A stretch of DNA of 64,000 bases from Octopus sinensis (Eukaryota): NCBI RefSeq assembly GCF_006345805.1, contig NW_021836310.1, positions 1-64,000 on the forward strand, given 5' to 3'. The notes under the pieces were generated by a model. It had not been told where the DNA came from, ran no database searches, and was given only the letters and a program-made list of their open reading frames with translations. Both the position numbers and the translations under genes were made by a program. Below are positions 44,709 through 56,525 of this stretch, piece by piece. Every line of letters starts with the position of its first letter. Within the stretch, counting starts at the first letter, position 1.

Positions 44709-45164
44709 GTCAGTCTATCATTGTCAAGACTTCCGGTCAGTCAGCCAATCGCTGGGTTTTATTTTTGCTTGACAGTGGCCATATTGCCTTGCTGCCTTTG
44801 ATATCTTGAAGCATGCCTTGATATCTCGAAGCATGCCTTGACTCTTCGCTGCCTTCAATATTTGGGTTTATTGTTCTCTTTCTTTCTCGCATGGCTTTTT
44901 AACTTTCTTTTCTTTCAGCATGTCGACTTTTTTTTCTATTATTATTACTTCTAATTTTTATTTTTATTATTACTAGAGTGATAAAAGATGGTGAGTTGGT
45001 AGAATCGTTACCGAGCCGAGCAAAACTGCATAACGGCACTTCGTCCAGCTTTACGTTCTGGGCTCAAATTCCGCCGAGGTCGACTTTGCCTTTTATCCTT
45101 CGGGGTCGATCAACTAAGTACCCCCACACCACCAACATTGCTGGCCTTGTGCCAAAAATTTTTT

Positions 45165-45426
45165 TGCCGAACCGCTAAGTTACGGGGACGTAAACACACC
45201 AGCATCGGTTGTCAAGCGATGTTGGGGGGACAAACATATACACACACATACATATATATATACGTCGGGCTTCTTTCAGTTTCCGCTTACCAAATCCACT
45301 CACAAGGCTTTGGTCGGCCCGAGGCTATAGTAGAAGACACTTGCCCAAGGTGCCATGCAGTGGGACTGAACCCGGAACCATGTGTTTGGTAAGCAAACTA
45401 CTTACCACACAGCCACTCCTACGCCT
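45165..45426 (-). mobile_element. SINE family A, 5' two-thirds
   Basis: ccacacagccactcctacgcc head on the minus strand. Confidence 0.8.
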
Positions 45427-45947
45427 GTGTGATAATTTCCTTTCACTATTAACAAGAGCATCGAACAAAATGCTTTGAGCTGTTTCTTCAGACTCTTTGC
45501 GTTCTATGTTTCAATCACACTATTGTCAACCCAGTTGTTCATCACTCTGGCATCGATAAAAATGAACGACCAGTCAGGTATTATGGTCGATATAATCGAC
45601 TAGCCCCGTTCCCTAAAATTCTTGGTCTTCTACTAACATTTGAAATCTATAAAGGTGACGAACTGACAGAATCGTTAGCGCGGCGAACAAAACACTTAGC
45701 GACATTTCTTCCGGCTCTTTACATCATGTGTTGAAATTCCGCTGAGGACAACATGACCTTTCTTTCTTGCGGGATTTGTAAAATAAAGTACAATTTAAAT
45801 ATGGGGTTCGATGTAATTGGCTTGCCCCTACCCTCAAAATTTCTGTCCTTCTCCCTTAATTAGAAGCCATTAACACTGGTGTCGATGTAATCGACTGGTC
45901 CCCTCCCACCAAATTTTGGGCCTTGTGCCTTCAGTAGAAAGGATGAC

Positions 45948-46001
<54 letters not shown>

Positions 46002-46089
46002 TACTACTACTACTATTATTATTATTATTATATTATTATTATTATTATTATTATTATATTATTATTATTATTATTACTATTACTACTAC

Positions 46090-46134
<45 letters not shown>

Positions 46135-46299
46135 TACTACTACTTTTATTATTATTATTATTATTACGTACAACAGATTTCTTTCTTTTTGTCTTTTCTT
46201 TTTCTTTCTCTTTTATTTTATCATTTTGTTTGCTGCATTTTCACTTTGTTTTTGTTTTTGTTTTTTTATTGTTGGCGTATCATTCATATTTCTAACATA

Positions 46300-47219
46300 C
46301 GACATGGTATCGAAATGAACCCGGACTAGTTATGTTTAATAGAAAATAACTTATTTACCTAAGTTTTAACATCATCTTCTTCGAAATTGTAACCCTGCGC
46401 AGCAATTCACCGGTCCCAGCGCTCCTGCCACTTTGGGAATCCAGTCTGGAAGTTGTTTTCCATGAGTCGAGGACCTTCTACGATTTGTTTTGGATCTCGA
46501 CAACTGTGTTAGAACAGCGACTTTTGAGCAACATTTTCCCCTTGGGGAAGATATGGAAGTCCGCGGGTGCGAAATCTAGGGAATAAAGTGCGGAAGCGAT
46601 GCCATGTTTTTTTTTTTTTTTTTTTTTTTTGGTGGGAAGCTCGTGAGTGAGGAGAGCTCGGTGACAGGGTGCATTGCCGTCGCGAAGAGTCCAGTTCTTC
46701 CCGCTCCACAGATCCGGTCGCTTTCACCGATGTCCTCCCTCAAAAGTCGCAGTAGAACTCTGGATTGACAGTCTGACCCCGGAGAAGAAATTCTCGATGC
46801 TCAATATCCCATTTTCGGGAGTGACGCTCGTGACAGGTTTTCCAGATCGCCCATCGTCTTCCAGAGATGTTCTTCCGCCTTTGAAGAACCCGTGCCACTC
46901 GAAACATTGCGTACGACCCATTGCCTCGTCGCTGTAAGCTTACCGACGCATGCTCGATGTCTCTGTTGCAGACATCTTAATTTTAACGCAAAATTCCATG
47001 TTGGCTCTATGTTCCAACTTCCTGCCCAGGGCAAAAATCGCAGATTACAGCATACACGTGATCACAAAAACACAAATTTCACAACTTGCGAACACAGCAA
47101 TGTCACTTGGCACACTGCCTCATGAAGGTCACTGCTAACTCTCACTATGTGTGCAACCGTGTGCTGCCATCTGTTGGCGCGCTACAGAACTAGTCTGGGA
47201 ACTTTTTGGTATCACTTCG
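46300..47219 (-). mobile_element. Internally deleted mariner (irritans/Hsmar2-like) element
   Basis: TA-flanked imperfect TIRs cgacatggtatcgaaatgaacccggactagt and cgaagtgataccaaaaagttcccagactagt; peptides MGRTQCFEWH..FKGGRTSLEDDGRSGKP, HREF..GQTVNPEFYC, YSLDFAPADFHIFPK, FPKWQERWDR. Confidence 0.85.
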
Positions 47220-47308
47220 TATGTAACGTACTTAACCTGTACCTTTGTACTAACCGTGCTGTATAATAATTATGTACCTAAGTGGCATGATGTCGCGTTC
47301 GTTTCTAT

Positions 47309-47657
47309 CTGAGGTTTCTCAACCATTTTTTTTTCTATGGACTCCTTTGATTACTATTTTATTCTGGTGGACCCCCATAGCCATCTAATGTTGAAAAACT
47401 AGCTTTATAGAAACTTCTTTCAAAATTTCATTTTTTTTTCACACATTAACTCGGGTAAGTTGAATTACGTAAACTTGGAGACAAAGCCTAGCTGATTCTT
47501 GTAATACATACCAATACATACATCTAAAGCGAAATTTTTTCAAGGTCCCTTAAAATATTGTGGCTCCCCCGATTTACTATTTTGTTATGTCCCCCCACCA
47601 CCACCAAATCTTATATGGACCCTCATGGGCCTTTTGGACCCTGGTTGAGAACCACTG
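47309..47657. mobile_element. hAT-Charlie-like MITE
   Basis: Right TIR ggttgagaaccactg, degenerate left ctgaggtttctcaacc; flank gtctataa resembles the NTCTAGAN target. Confidence 0.6.
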
Positions 47658-48220
47658 GTCTATAAGCTGAATTCAATATGGCGCCAAGGTAGATTTCGTG
47701 TTTTGTTTATCGGGTACGGTATAATAACGTACCACTCATCAACTGCTGTCACTGTAATCGACTTTATTCTCCCCACCGAATGTATTAGCTTGTAAATCTT
47801 ACAAATATAAACATACATACATACATACATACATACATACATACATACATACATACATAAATTTTAACTTTTCGAAAAATATATTACTGTTTTTAATTCC
47901 TAACTGGATATACGTATATATAAAATTAATATAAACAGTAATATTTCACCGAAAAAGACAATTATAATTGTCACTAAATGTGACTCGGTGCTAAGGAACA
48001 CCTCCATTGTATAACAGTGGGATTGGTATAACGGCTGATTGGGTACCACGTTCATAATGTGGTGTATTATCTTATATGGTTTCTACTGGCATAGATAAAT
48101 ATATTTTATTCCTTGAGTAAAAATCTACAATAATAAACCCACCACTTATAACTTAATAAGTATTATCACCATACATAAATCTTAAATCAAGCTACATAAA
48201 CACCGTAGTGATATATATAT

Positions 48221-48262
<42 letters not shown>

Positions 48263-48422
48263 ATATTATATATATATATATTATATATATATATATATAT
48301 TATATATATATATATATTATATATATATATTATATATATATATATATATCAAGACGCTTAACGTCATGTTGAAGATAAGTTCGTGTTCTTTTTCACCTCT
48401 TTAAAAATTGTTTCATATGCAG

Positions 48423-48482
48423 AAGTAATTTACATTAACAGGCTGGAAAGAAGTGAAGAAAAGGAAAATATTTACTACATTG
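48423..48482 (+). CDS. Predicted cytoplasmic exon EVIYINRLERSEEKENIYYI, phase 1-1
   Basis: Acceptor ttgtttcatatgcag, weaker donor g|gtttat, 60 nt; YxN and ENIY tyrosine motifs. Confidence 0.55.
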
Positions 48483-49342
48483 GTTTATTTGTGTACATTT
48501 AATATTTACAGTACATTTGGAAGTAAGGCAATTTCTCGTAGAGAGCTACGACATAAATTTATTACTACCTAATTCCTTAATACTAACTATTATCAGAGTT
48601 TACACAACAATTCAAATAAGTCTTATTGGATTTGAGCAATAAACATGGCATAAAAATAGCCAATATCTCAAAGGAGTGAATGTCGTGGAGTTTAGTAACA
48701 GCCAACGATCACTACGGTGAGTGTCGTGGAGTCTACTGAAAACCAACGAACACTGATTAATTTCCCCAAAATCAGGGTTTTTATAACTGCTGATACCTGG
48801 ATTCTATGAACCGTATTTCCTGAATTCTCTTTGACGAAAGTTTAGATTTCAAATATGGGCAGTAATTTTAACCAATTGGAAACCAACAATCATACTTGTT
48901 CGGTCAACATGACCATTACGTCATATTAACGCCTTTTACGACATGCCTGCTGCTCGCTACAGTTGCTAGAAATAAGAGCTAAAATACTCTAATGCTGTAA
49001 TTAGTGCACATGAATGAAAACATATACAATAACAGGAACCTGAATCGTCCGAAAAATTTCTCGGTCGGCATTTTTCGGACGTTTATGGTCCCAATTAGTT
49101 TATATGTTTGCATTCACCTGCATTAAGAGTTAAAATGCCCTAATGCTACAGTATTAGGGCATTTTAACTCTTATTTCTAGCAATGTAGGTGTTTCCTAAC
49201 ACCCTAGTCACATTTAGTGAGAATTGTAATTCTCTTTTTCGGTGAAACATTGTAACCTGCTGTTTATGATTTTACTGTATGTATATGCAATTATATACAT
49301 ACATACATACATATACATACATACATATATATATATATATAT

Positions 49343-49374
<32 letters not shown>

Positions 49375-49539
49375 ATATATATAATACACACATGCACACA
49401 CACATACATACATACATACATACATACATACATACTTACATACATACATACATGCATACATAATACATACATACATTTATACATACATACATACATACAT
49501 ACATACATACATACATACATACATACATACATACATACA

Positions 49540-49572
<33 letters not shown>

Positions 49573-49579
49573 GTATGTA

Positions 49580-50264
49580 TTAGGGTGGAGCGTTTTTCAC
49601 GGCTTTCGATTTCGCGTGGCGGGGGTGTGAATGGACATCAAAATAGCGAGTGTAGAATCTTTGAACTCTGCAACAATATCTTCTGTCTCCACAAATGCAT
49701 CGAAAAATGGAAGAAAAGTGATAAAAAAACGCCTCTACTTATTTATTGGATATAAAATACAGTTTTCATTGCATCTTCTTCAAGTAGCTTATAAATAAGT
49801 GTGATGCAATTACTCTGAAATAAACCGTGAAAAAAACATATTTTTTTCTGTCACTTCATCTTCTGCTTCCAGAAGGAGGGGCGGGGGTGTACCGTAATTT
49901 ACATTTACATGAAAAATTTTCTGAATCCGATAAATTACAATATTTTTGCATATTTTAAGGCGTTTGTAGCGGCAGAAGATGAAGTCACAGAAAAAAAAAA
50001 CTGTTCAAGTCGTAATTTAGAGTAATTTCATCATATTCATTTCAAAACTACCCGAAGAAGATGTACTGGAAACTGTATTTTATAGCTAATAAATAAGCAG
50101 AGGCGTATTTTTTCTCTCCACTTTTTTTCGATGCATTTGTGGAGACAGAAGATGTTGTCGCAGAATTCTATGATTCTACACCAGTTATTTTGATGTCCAT
50201 TCACAACTTTACCGCACAACCGCCATCACGAAATCGAAAATCGTGAAAAAGCGCTCCGTCCTAA
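49580..50264. mobile_element. Foldback MITE, about 685 bp with about 290-bp inverted arms, TA target duplication (Tc1/mariner-like)
   Basis: Ends ttagggtggagcgtttttcacg and cgtgaaaaagcgctccgtcctaa, each flanked by TA; arms align throughout (e.g. tctgtctccacaaatgcatcgaaaaa / tttttcgatgcatttgtggagacaga). Confidence 0.85.
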
Positions 50265-50639
50265 TATATATGCGCCGTCAAATTTATGGTTTGTTGATGA
50301 GGTTGTGAATGGTGAATTTGGTATTGATGGCGGATGATGCACAGCAATACAAAAACGCTTGCGTTCTAAGATACAATGACGTCGTTCATAATTCAATATG
50401 TTTTCAATTCTTTTGTCTAATGGGGAAAAATTCTCTTGGGACTAGTTCCACAGCGAAAAGTCTTCTAACGTTAGAATGTACATGTTGCAGTTGTTGTTGT
50501 TGCTGACCATGCCGACCATGTCCCTTTCTATACATTGTCCAAAGTCTTCTTTAAGTAAGAAAGTGGTTGAAGGAGATTAAAGTGCAATTTCAAGCGACGA
50601 CGTAGACGACCCCTTCTCTTTCCATTACTGTCATCTATA

Positions 50640-51250
50640 TTTTCGTTAACATTGTTGTGGTTGTTATTGTTGCTGCTGTTGTTGTTGCTGTTGCTGCTGC
50701 TGCTGTGGGTGCCCTTGTTTAAGTTGCTGCCGCTTTGTTATGGTTGTTTATTCGTAATTTTGTTGTTGTTGTTGTTGTTGTTATTGTTGTGGTTGTTGTC
50801 GTCAACGTTGTGTTTGTTGCTGTCATGTTTTGTTGTTATTGTTGTTGTTATTGATGATGATGATGGTGTTGTTGTTGTTATTGTTGTTGTTGTTGGTCGT
50901 GGTGGTGGTGATGATGATAGTGAGGAAGTTGATGTTAATGGTGGCGGTGGTGGTAGTGATAGTGTTCATGACGTGGGGATCGCTGTTATCGATATGATGG
51001 TGATGATGATGATCATGATGATGACGACAACACCGACGCCGATGATGATGAGGAGGAGAAGGAGAAAGAGGAAGGGTGCAGGTGATGACAATGATGATGG
51101 TGGTAGCGACGATGAGGATGATGACGATGATGAAGAGAATGAGGAGAGGTAATGAGGATGGTGGTGATGATGATGATGATGATGTTTATGCTGACAGTGG
51201 TCGTGATGGTGATCACCGTCATCGTCTTGGTGATGATAATGATGATGGCT
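50640..51250. repeat. (GTT/GAT/GGT)n low-complexity tract
   Basis: Direct reading. Confidence 0.9.
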
Positions 51251-51266
51251 ACTCACCAAATTTCAG

Positions 51267-51350
51267 TTTCACTGGAACAGGTCTACATGACACTCAGCTG
51301 GAGAAACCAGACGGTTATGGACAGATCAGCCAACGAATATACGGTTGAGG
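51267..51350 (+). CDS. Predicted cytoplasmic exon VSLEQVYMTLSWRNQTVMDRSANEYTVE, phase 1-1
   Basis: Acceptor aaatttcag, donor g|gtatat, 84 nt open frame with YxxL; read-through would stop at 51356-51358. Confidence 0.5.
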
Positions 51351-51741
51351 GTATATAATGAATGGGTGAGTGTTTTAGAGGGGTAGTCAGATTGGGTGGT
51401 GGTGGTGCGACACGTTGCGACAGAGTCACCGTGACTCAAATATACCGTGTCACGGTGTCACACCACACCACGGATGAAATTTGTTGTTACTAACTGACAT
51501 CTTGAAATATATGTATGTGTATGCGCGAGTGTGTCTGTATAGCTGTAATTGTGTGTACGTAGATGTCTACATATATTATATATGTGTGTGTGTATTATAT
51601 ACATGTATGTACGTATATGTATATATACGTATATGAATCTACATATTTGTATGTATTCTATATTCATCTATGAATACATGTATATAAGACATATATATGC
51701 ATTGATGTGCATGTGTGTGTGTATACACATATATATGCATG

Positions 51742-51797
<56 letters not shown>

Positions 51798-52492
51798 TAT
51801 GCATATAAATATATACATATATAGAGAGAGATATAGATAGATAGTTATAGATATATGTATAGATATATATATTCATACACATATACATATACATACATGT
51901 ATGTGTGTGTGGTATGCGTGTACATCGATACTCACGTACAAGTAAGCCATCTTCAGTAAGACGACACTGCCTCGATGTATCAATCGAATTGCTCTTTTGT
52001 TTTTTGTTGTTCTTTATATATTTATATTCCGAAAATACAAAAGAAAAATATTTATGCTTTTTTTTTTCCCTCCCATTCCAAGTAACTTCACATTAGAGAA
52101 GGCTCTGGAGATTAATTCTTCGACATTATTACAAAGAATCGACTACACTGAATATAAATGTCTAGTTTACGACGTTAACAACAACAACAACAACAACAAC
52201 AATAATAATGATAATAATAATGATAATAATAATTATTTGCACAACAGCTCCTGGTTGATTCCTGTGTCCGTGAGTATACATAAATATATACATACATGCA
52301 TACATACATATATACATACATACATACTTACGTAAGTACAGACTTATACGTATATGTATATGTGTATATATGTGTGTGTGTGTAGATATGTATGTACATA
52401 AACTGCTTTATATAACGCATGTATATATGTGCATGTATATTTATATCTCTTTATCTTTTCTCTGATTACGTTCACTATTTCTGAACTGACAG

Positions 52493-52561
52493 CTGATACG
52501 GAGAGTAACGGTCAAACCATTTCACGTGATACTAGTAAAGATCTCAACAAATCAGAATCCG
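52493..52561 (+). CDS. Predicted cytoplasmic exon ADTESNGQTISRDTSKDLNKSES, phase 1-1
   Basis: Long polypyrimidine tract ending ctgacag, strong donor g|gtgagt, 69 nt open. Confidence 0.7.
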
Positions 52562-52921
52562 GTGAGTAGTTTATGCAAACATCATTGCGCATGTATGTAC
52601 GTATGTATTATGTATGTATGTATGTATGTATGTATGTATGTATGTATGTATGTATGTATGTATGTATGTGTGGGTATGTATGTATGTATGTATGTATGTA
52701 TGTAGATGTATGTATGTATGTATGTCTGTATGTATGTGCGTCTGGATAAAAAAAGAAATCAGTATAAGGATAAAGAATGTAATCCAAATAATATTCCAAA
52801 ATAAAGTTCCACGGTCGGATCCAAGCAGTAGAACTCCGAAATGTTTTTCAAGTTTTCCCTTTATACAAGAAATATTATTTGTTAATGAAAATACCCGTAA
52901 AGTTTTAGTCACACACACACG

Positions 52922-52970
<49 letters not shown>

Positions 52971-53017
52971 ATATATATATAATATACTCAAAATAAGCAA
53001 CAAGACTGACTCCAGTA

Positions 53018-53106
53018 ATTTGGTACGATCGTTTCGTACTACATCATTTTATTAATGTTGTAAGTATTACAACAGTTTTAAAATGCTGAGCACTCATCAG
53101 CCAATT
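53018..53106 (-). ncRNA. Type I hammerhead ribozyme motif, intact core with long branched stem II
   Basis: uugg-CUGAUGA-gugcu...aguac-GAAA-cgaucg-UA-ccaa; stem II extended by cagcauuuu/aaaaugaug and uguuguaa/uuacaaca; palindromic stem III. Confidence 0.82.
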
Positions 53107-53696
53107 ATATGGATTTATATGGATTTATATGGATAACACCATACAGAATTCTGGTGCATCTAAATTAAGTACCATATTCATTTGAATCTAAATTTTTGCT
53201 GAACTTATATATATATATATAATGTGTGTGAGTGCGTGTACCTGTATTTCAAATGGTCAGCCTTGTCACACTCTGTGTCACGCTGAATCTGCCTGAGAAC
53301 TACGTTAAGAGTACACGTGTCTGCGGAGTGCTCAGCCACTTGCACGTTAATTTCACGAGCAAGCTGTTCTGTTGATCGTAATGACTGATACCCTCGTCGT
53401 CGTAACCGAGGGAGTGTTCCTTTTATATATATATGTGTGTGTGTGTGTAAATATATATATATAGAGAGAGAGAGGGAGAGAGAGAGAAAACGTATTTATC
53501 CACCCTTCATCCTTTCAGGGTGGATAAATTAAGTACCAGTGCGTACTGGGGTCGATCTAATCGACTGGCCCCCTCCCCAAAAATCCCGAGCCTTGTACCT
53601 AGAGTAGAAAAGAATATATGTATGTATGTATGTATGGATGTATGTGCGTGTATGTATGTATGTATGTATGTATGGTAGTATGTATGTGTAATATTA

Positions 53697-54077
53697 TCTT
53701 CTCTATATAAAACGGCAGTTGTCTGTGCGTTGTTTCTGGTTGTCTGTTTGCTTGTACCCTCACCCTGACCACGGCTTTCAACGATTTCTGATGAACTTGA
53801 CACACACATAGCCCAATGTCATAATTCAAAAACTAACGCAGCGAAAATTTTGAAAAGTTCCCCCAGTTCTGAAAAAAAAATCGATAATTCGACATGGGGT
53901 CGAGAATCAGAAACACAACCACAAACTGTCTAGGGGACGCAACTCCACCTTTTTTAACTGTCAAAAAAAATTTACCATAATTTTTTTCCATTTTTGCTAT
54001 TTTTTGCTATAACTCTCTAAAAATGCTTTATAGTTATTTCCCTTACAAACCTGAGCCAACGCCGGGCGATACTGCTG
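53697..54077 (+). mobile_element. Non-autonomous Helitron
   Basis: 5' a|TCttctctatataaaacggcagttgtctgt; 3' GC-rich hairpin cctgagccaacgccggg followed by degenerate CTAG end (tactgctg). Confidence 0.65.
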
Positions 54078-54166
54078 TGTTTGTATAAAAGCCCTGTTAT
54101 CTTAGCTATATATTGTCAGGATCATGATGTTTCGTTTACCTCTGTAAAGTTCTGTATTTCATATTT

Positions 54167-54200
<34 letters not shown>

Positions 54201-54224
54201 AATATAATATATATGATTGACCGC

Positions 54225-54383
54225 TAGCCACTAACGCTTTTTTAATCTCTCTCTGTTTATTTTCTTGTGTTCTTTTCTCGAAACGTAAAAGACTATCTCA
54301 CCTTCCCGAGCGTTAAACTAATACACCTGTTTGTTGTTTACACACCTATCTTGGTCTTTTGTCTTTTTGTTGTAAATTCCAGC

Positions 54384-54385
<2 letters not shown>
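54225..54385 (+). mobile_element. Penelope-like terminal repeat, hammerhead 5' core deleted
   Basis: ctcgaaacgtaaaagact..cgagcgttaaactaatac matches the 7030-7210 family. Confidence 0.55.
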
Positions 54386-54466
<81 letters not shown>

Positions 54467-54471
54467 ATGCA

Positions 54472-54778
54472 ACATACATATAAGAGAGATGACCCACTAA
54501 GTGGATCCATTATGCTAGAGGTAGACAGCATATGGTCTGACCACTAAGAAAATATTGTTCTCTGGCGTTTGCTGAATTTTCTTGAGAACAATCTTTTCTT
54601 AGTGGTCAGACCATATGGTGTCTACTTCTAGCATAATGGATGTCCACTTAGTGGTCATCCCTCTTATATGTATGTAATATAATTTTTTCTGATTCTTCAG
54701 ATTTTTCAATATGCTAGACCACTGGTTTTAAATTGATATTAATCAAATTAATATTCAATTTTCGCCCTTATTTAAATT

Positions 54779-54851
<73 letters not shown>

Positions 54852-54986
54852 ATTTTAAATAATAAGGGTGAAAAATAGAATATTAATTTGATTAATATCA
54901 ATTTAAAACCAGTAGTCTAGCATACTGAGAAATCTGAAGAATCAGAAAAAATTATATTACTTACATATAAGAGGGACGACCACTAA
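54472..54986. repeat. Two overlapping long inverted repeats
   Basis: Arms 54472-54562/54584-54675 and 54648-54782/54847-54986. Confidence 0.9.
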
Positions 54987-55099
54987 TATTGGTAATTTAT
55001 GTTAAACTTTAATATTCATACTATTGCCTATATAAAAAATTATTTCCGTTAAAATTATAATAATTATCATTACTATTATTATTATTATTATTATTATTA

Positions 55100-55158
<59 letters not shown>

Positions 55159-55191
55159 TATTGTTCTTGCTACTGTTTTTCTCCATTTCAG

Positions 55192-55221
55192 AAAACTTAC
55201 TGTATCCTACATCTGGTCACA
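55192..55221 (+). CDS. Predicted cytoplasmic exon ENLLYPTSGH (phase 1-1), or terminal exon to TAG at 55242-55244
   Basis: Strong acceptor ctgtttttctccatttcag; donor a|gtaatt at 55222; 3' boundary uncertain. Confidence 0.5.
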
Positions 55222-55713
55222 GTAATTCGGTAGAAGAAAGTTAGTGACAACTATCACAGCACTTCGCAAACATCTTACCGTAGCAGTAGTTGTGGTGTTA
55301 GTGCTAGTAGAAGTAGTCACAATATGTGCTGTTGTTATTGTTGTTGGTGTTGCTATTATTGTTGCTGTTGTCGGTTTGAAGTGTTCGTAGTCATAGTGTC
55401 AGTGCCGCCGCCGCCATTGCAAATGACGCCGTTATTTCCTGCCCGCCCGTCTGGATCGTAGCGAAAAACTACTTAGGGTTTTTTTTCACCTGGAGAGTAC
55501 ACAAGTCCTTCACCAACTGCACTCCCTATAAGATTTGTGGTTTCCCAATTCGGCTGCTTTATTATGAAGAAAACTATGTAAAATTATCGATATATATATA
55601 CATACATATTATATATATTATATAATATATTATATATATATATATTATATATTATATATATCTATATATATAATATACATATATATATATATAATATATT
55701 ATATATGTGTATG

Positions 55714-55744
<31 letters not shown>

Positions 55745-56525
55745 CAGCATATACGTGCATGCATACACTCACACATATATAGGTGTATATATTGTATATC
55801 AGGCTGAATAAAAAGTAAGCAACGTTTTGAAGCATGAAATTCATCACAATATATTCCAACAATGCGGAGATTTTAATCATTAAAGTAAGTGCCATTACAA
55901 TCAACACATTTTTGCCAACGAGTTACAAGTTTGTTTATTCTGGTAACATAAAAATCTGGAACTGTTTGAACGCACTTTCAGCATCGGTTTGATTTTTGAA
56001 CTCCTCCTCTCACAGGAAACCATCAAGGTGCTTGAAAGTGGTATCGGTAGGAGAAGGAGGAGAAGGTGTAGGGAATAAAAGCTGGTGGGGGAGAAACTTT
56101 GTAGCCAAGTTCCCTCAACTTCTGGAGCGTCATTAGGGAAACGTGTGGTCAAGCATTGTCATGAAGAATGATTGGTTCTCTTCTGTTGACCAGTCTGGGA
56201 TGGAGGAGTAGCAGTTTTTTCATTCATTTTGGCAATTTCGTGGCAATATGTTTCTGCAGAAATGGTTTTTCCGGGTTATAACAAGTTATAATGGATGAAT
56301 CCATCAATACACCACCAAACAGTCACCATAACCTTCTTTTTGAAGAGCTCGGGTTTAGGCAAGGTTTCCGGTGCTTCATTTTGGTCCAACCAGTGTGAAT
56401 AACGTTTTTTATTATTGTACAGAATCCACTTTTCATCGCAAGTTACAATAGAGTCGAGAAATGGATCGGTCTGGTTACGGAGAAGAAGCGATGGGCAAAT
56501 TTCATATCTGCGCATTTTCTGATTT

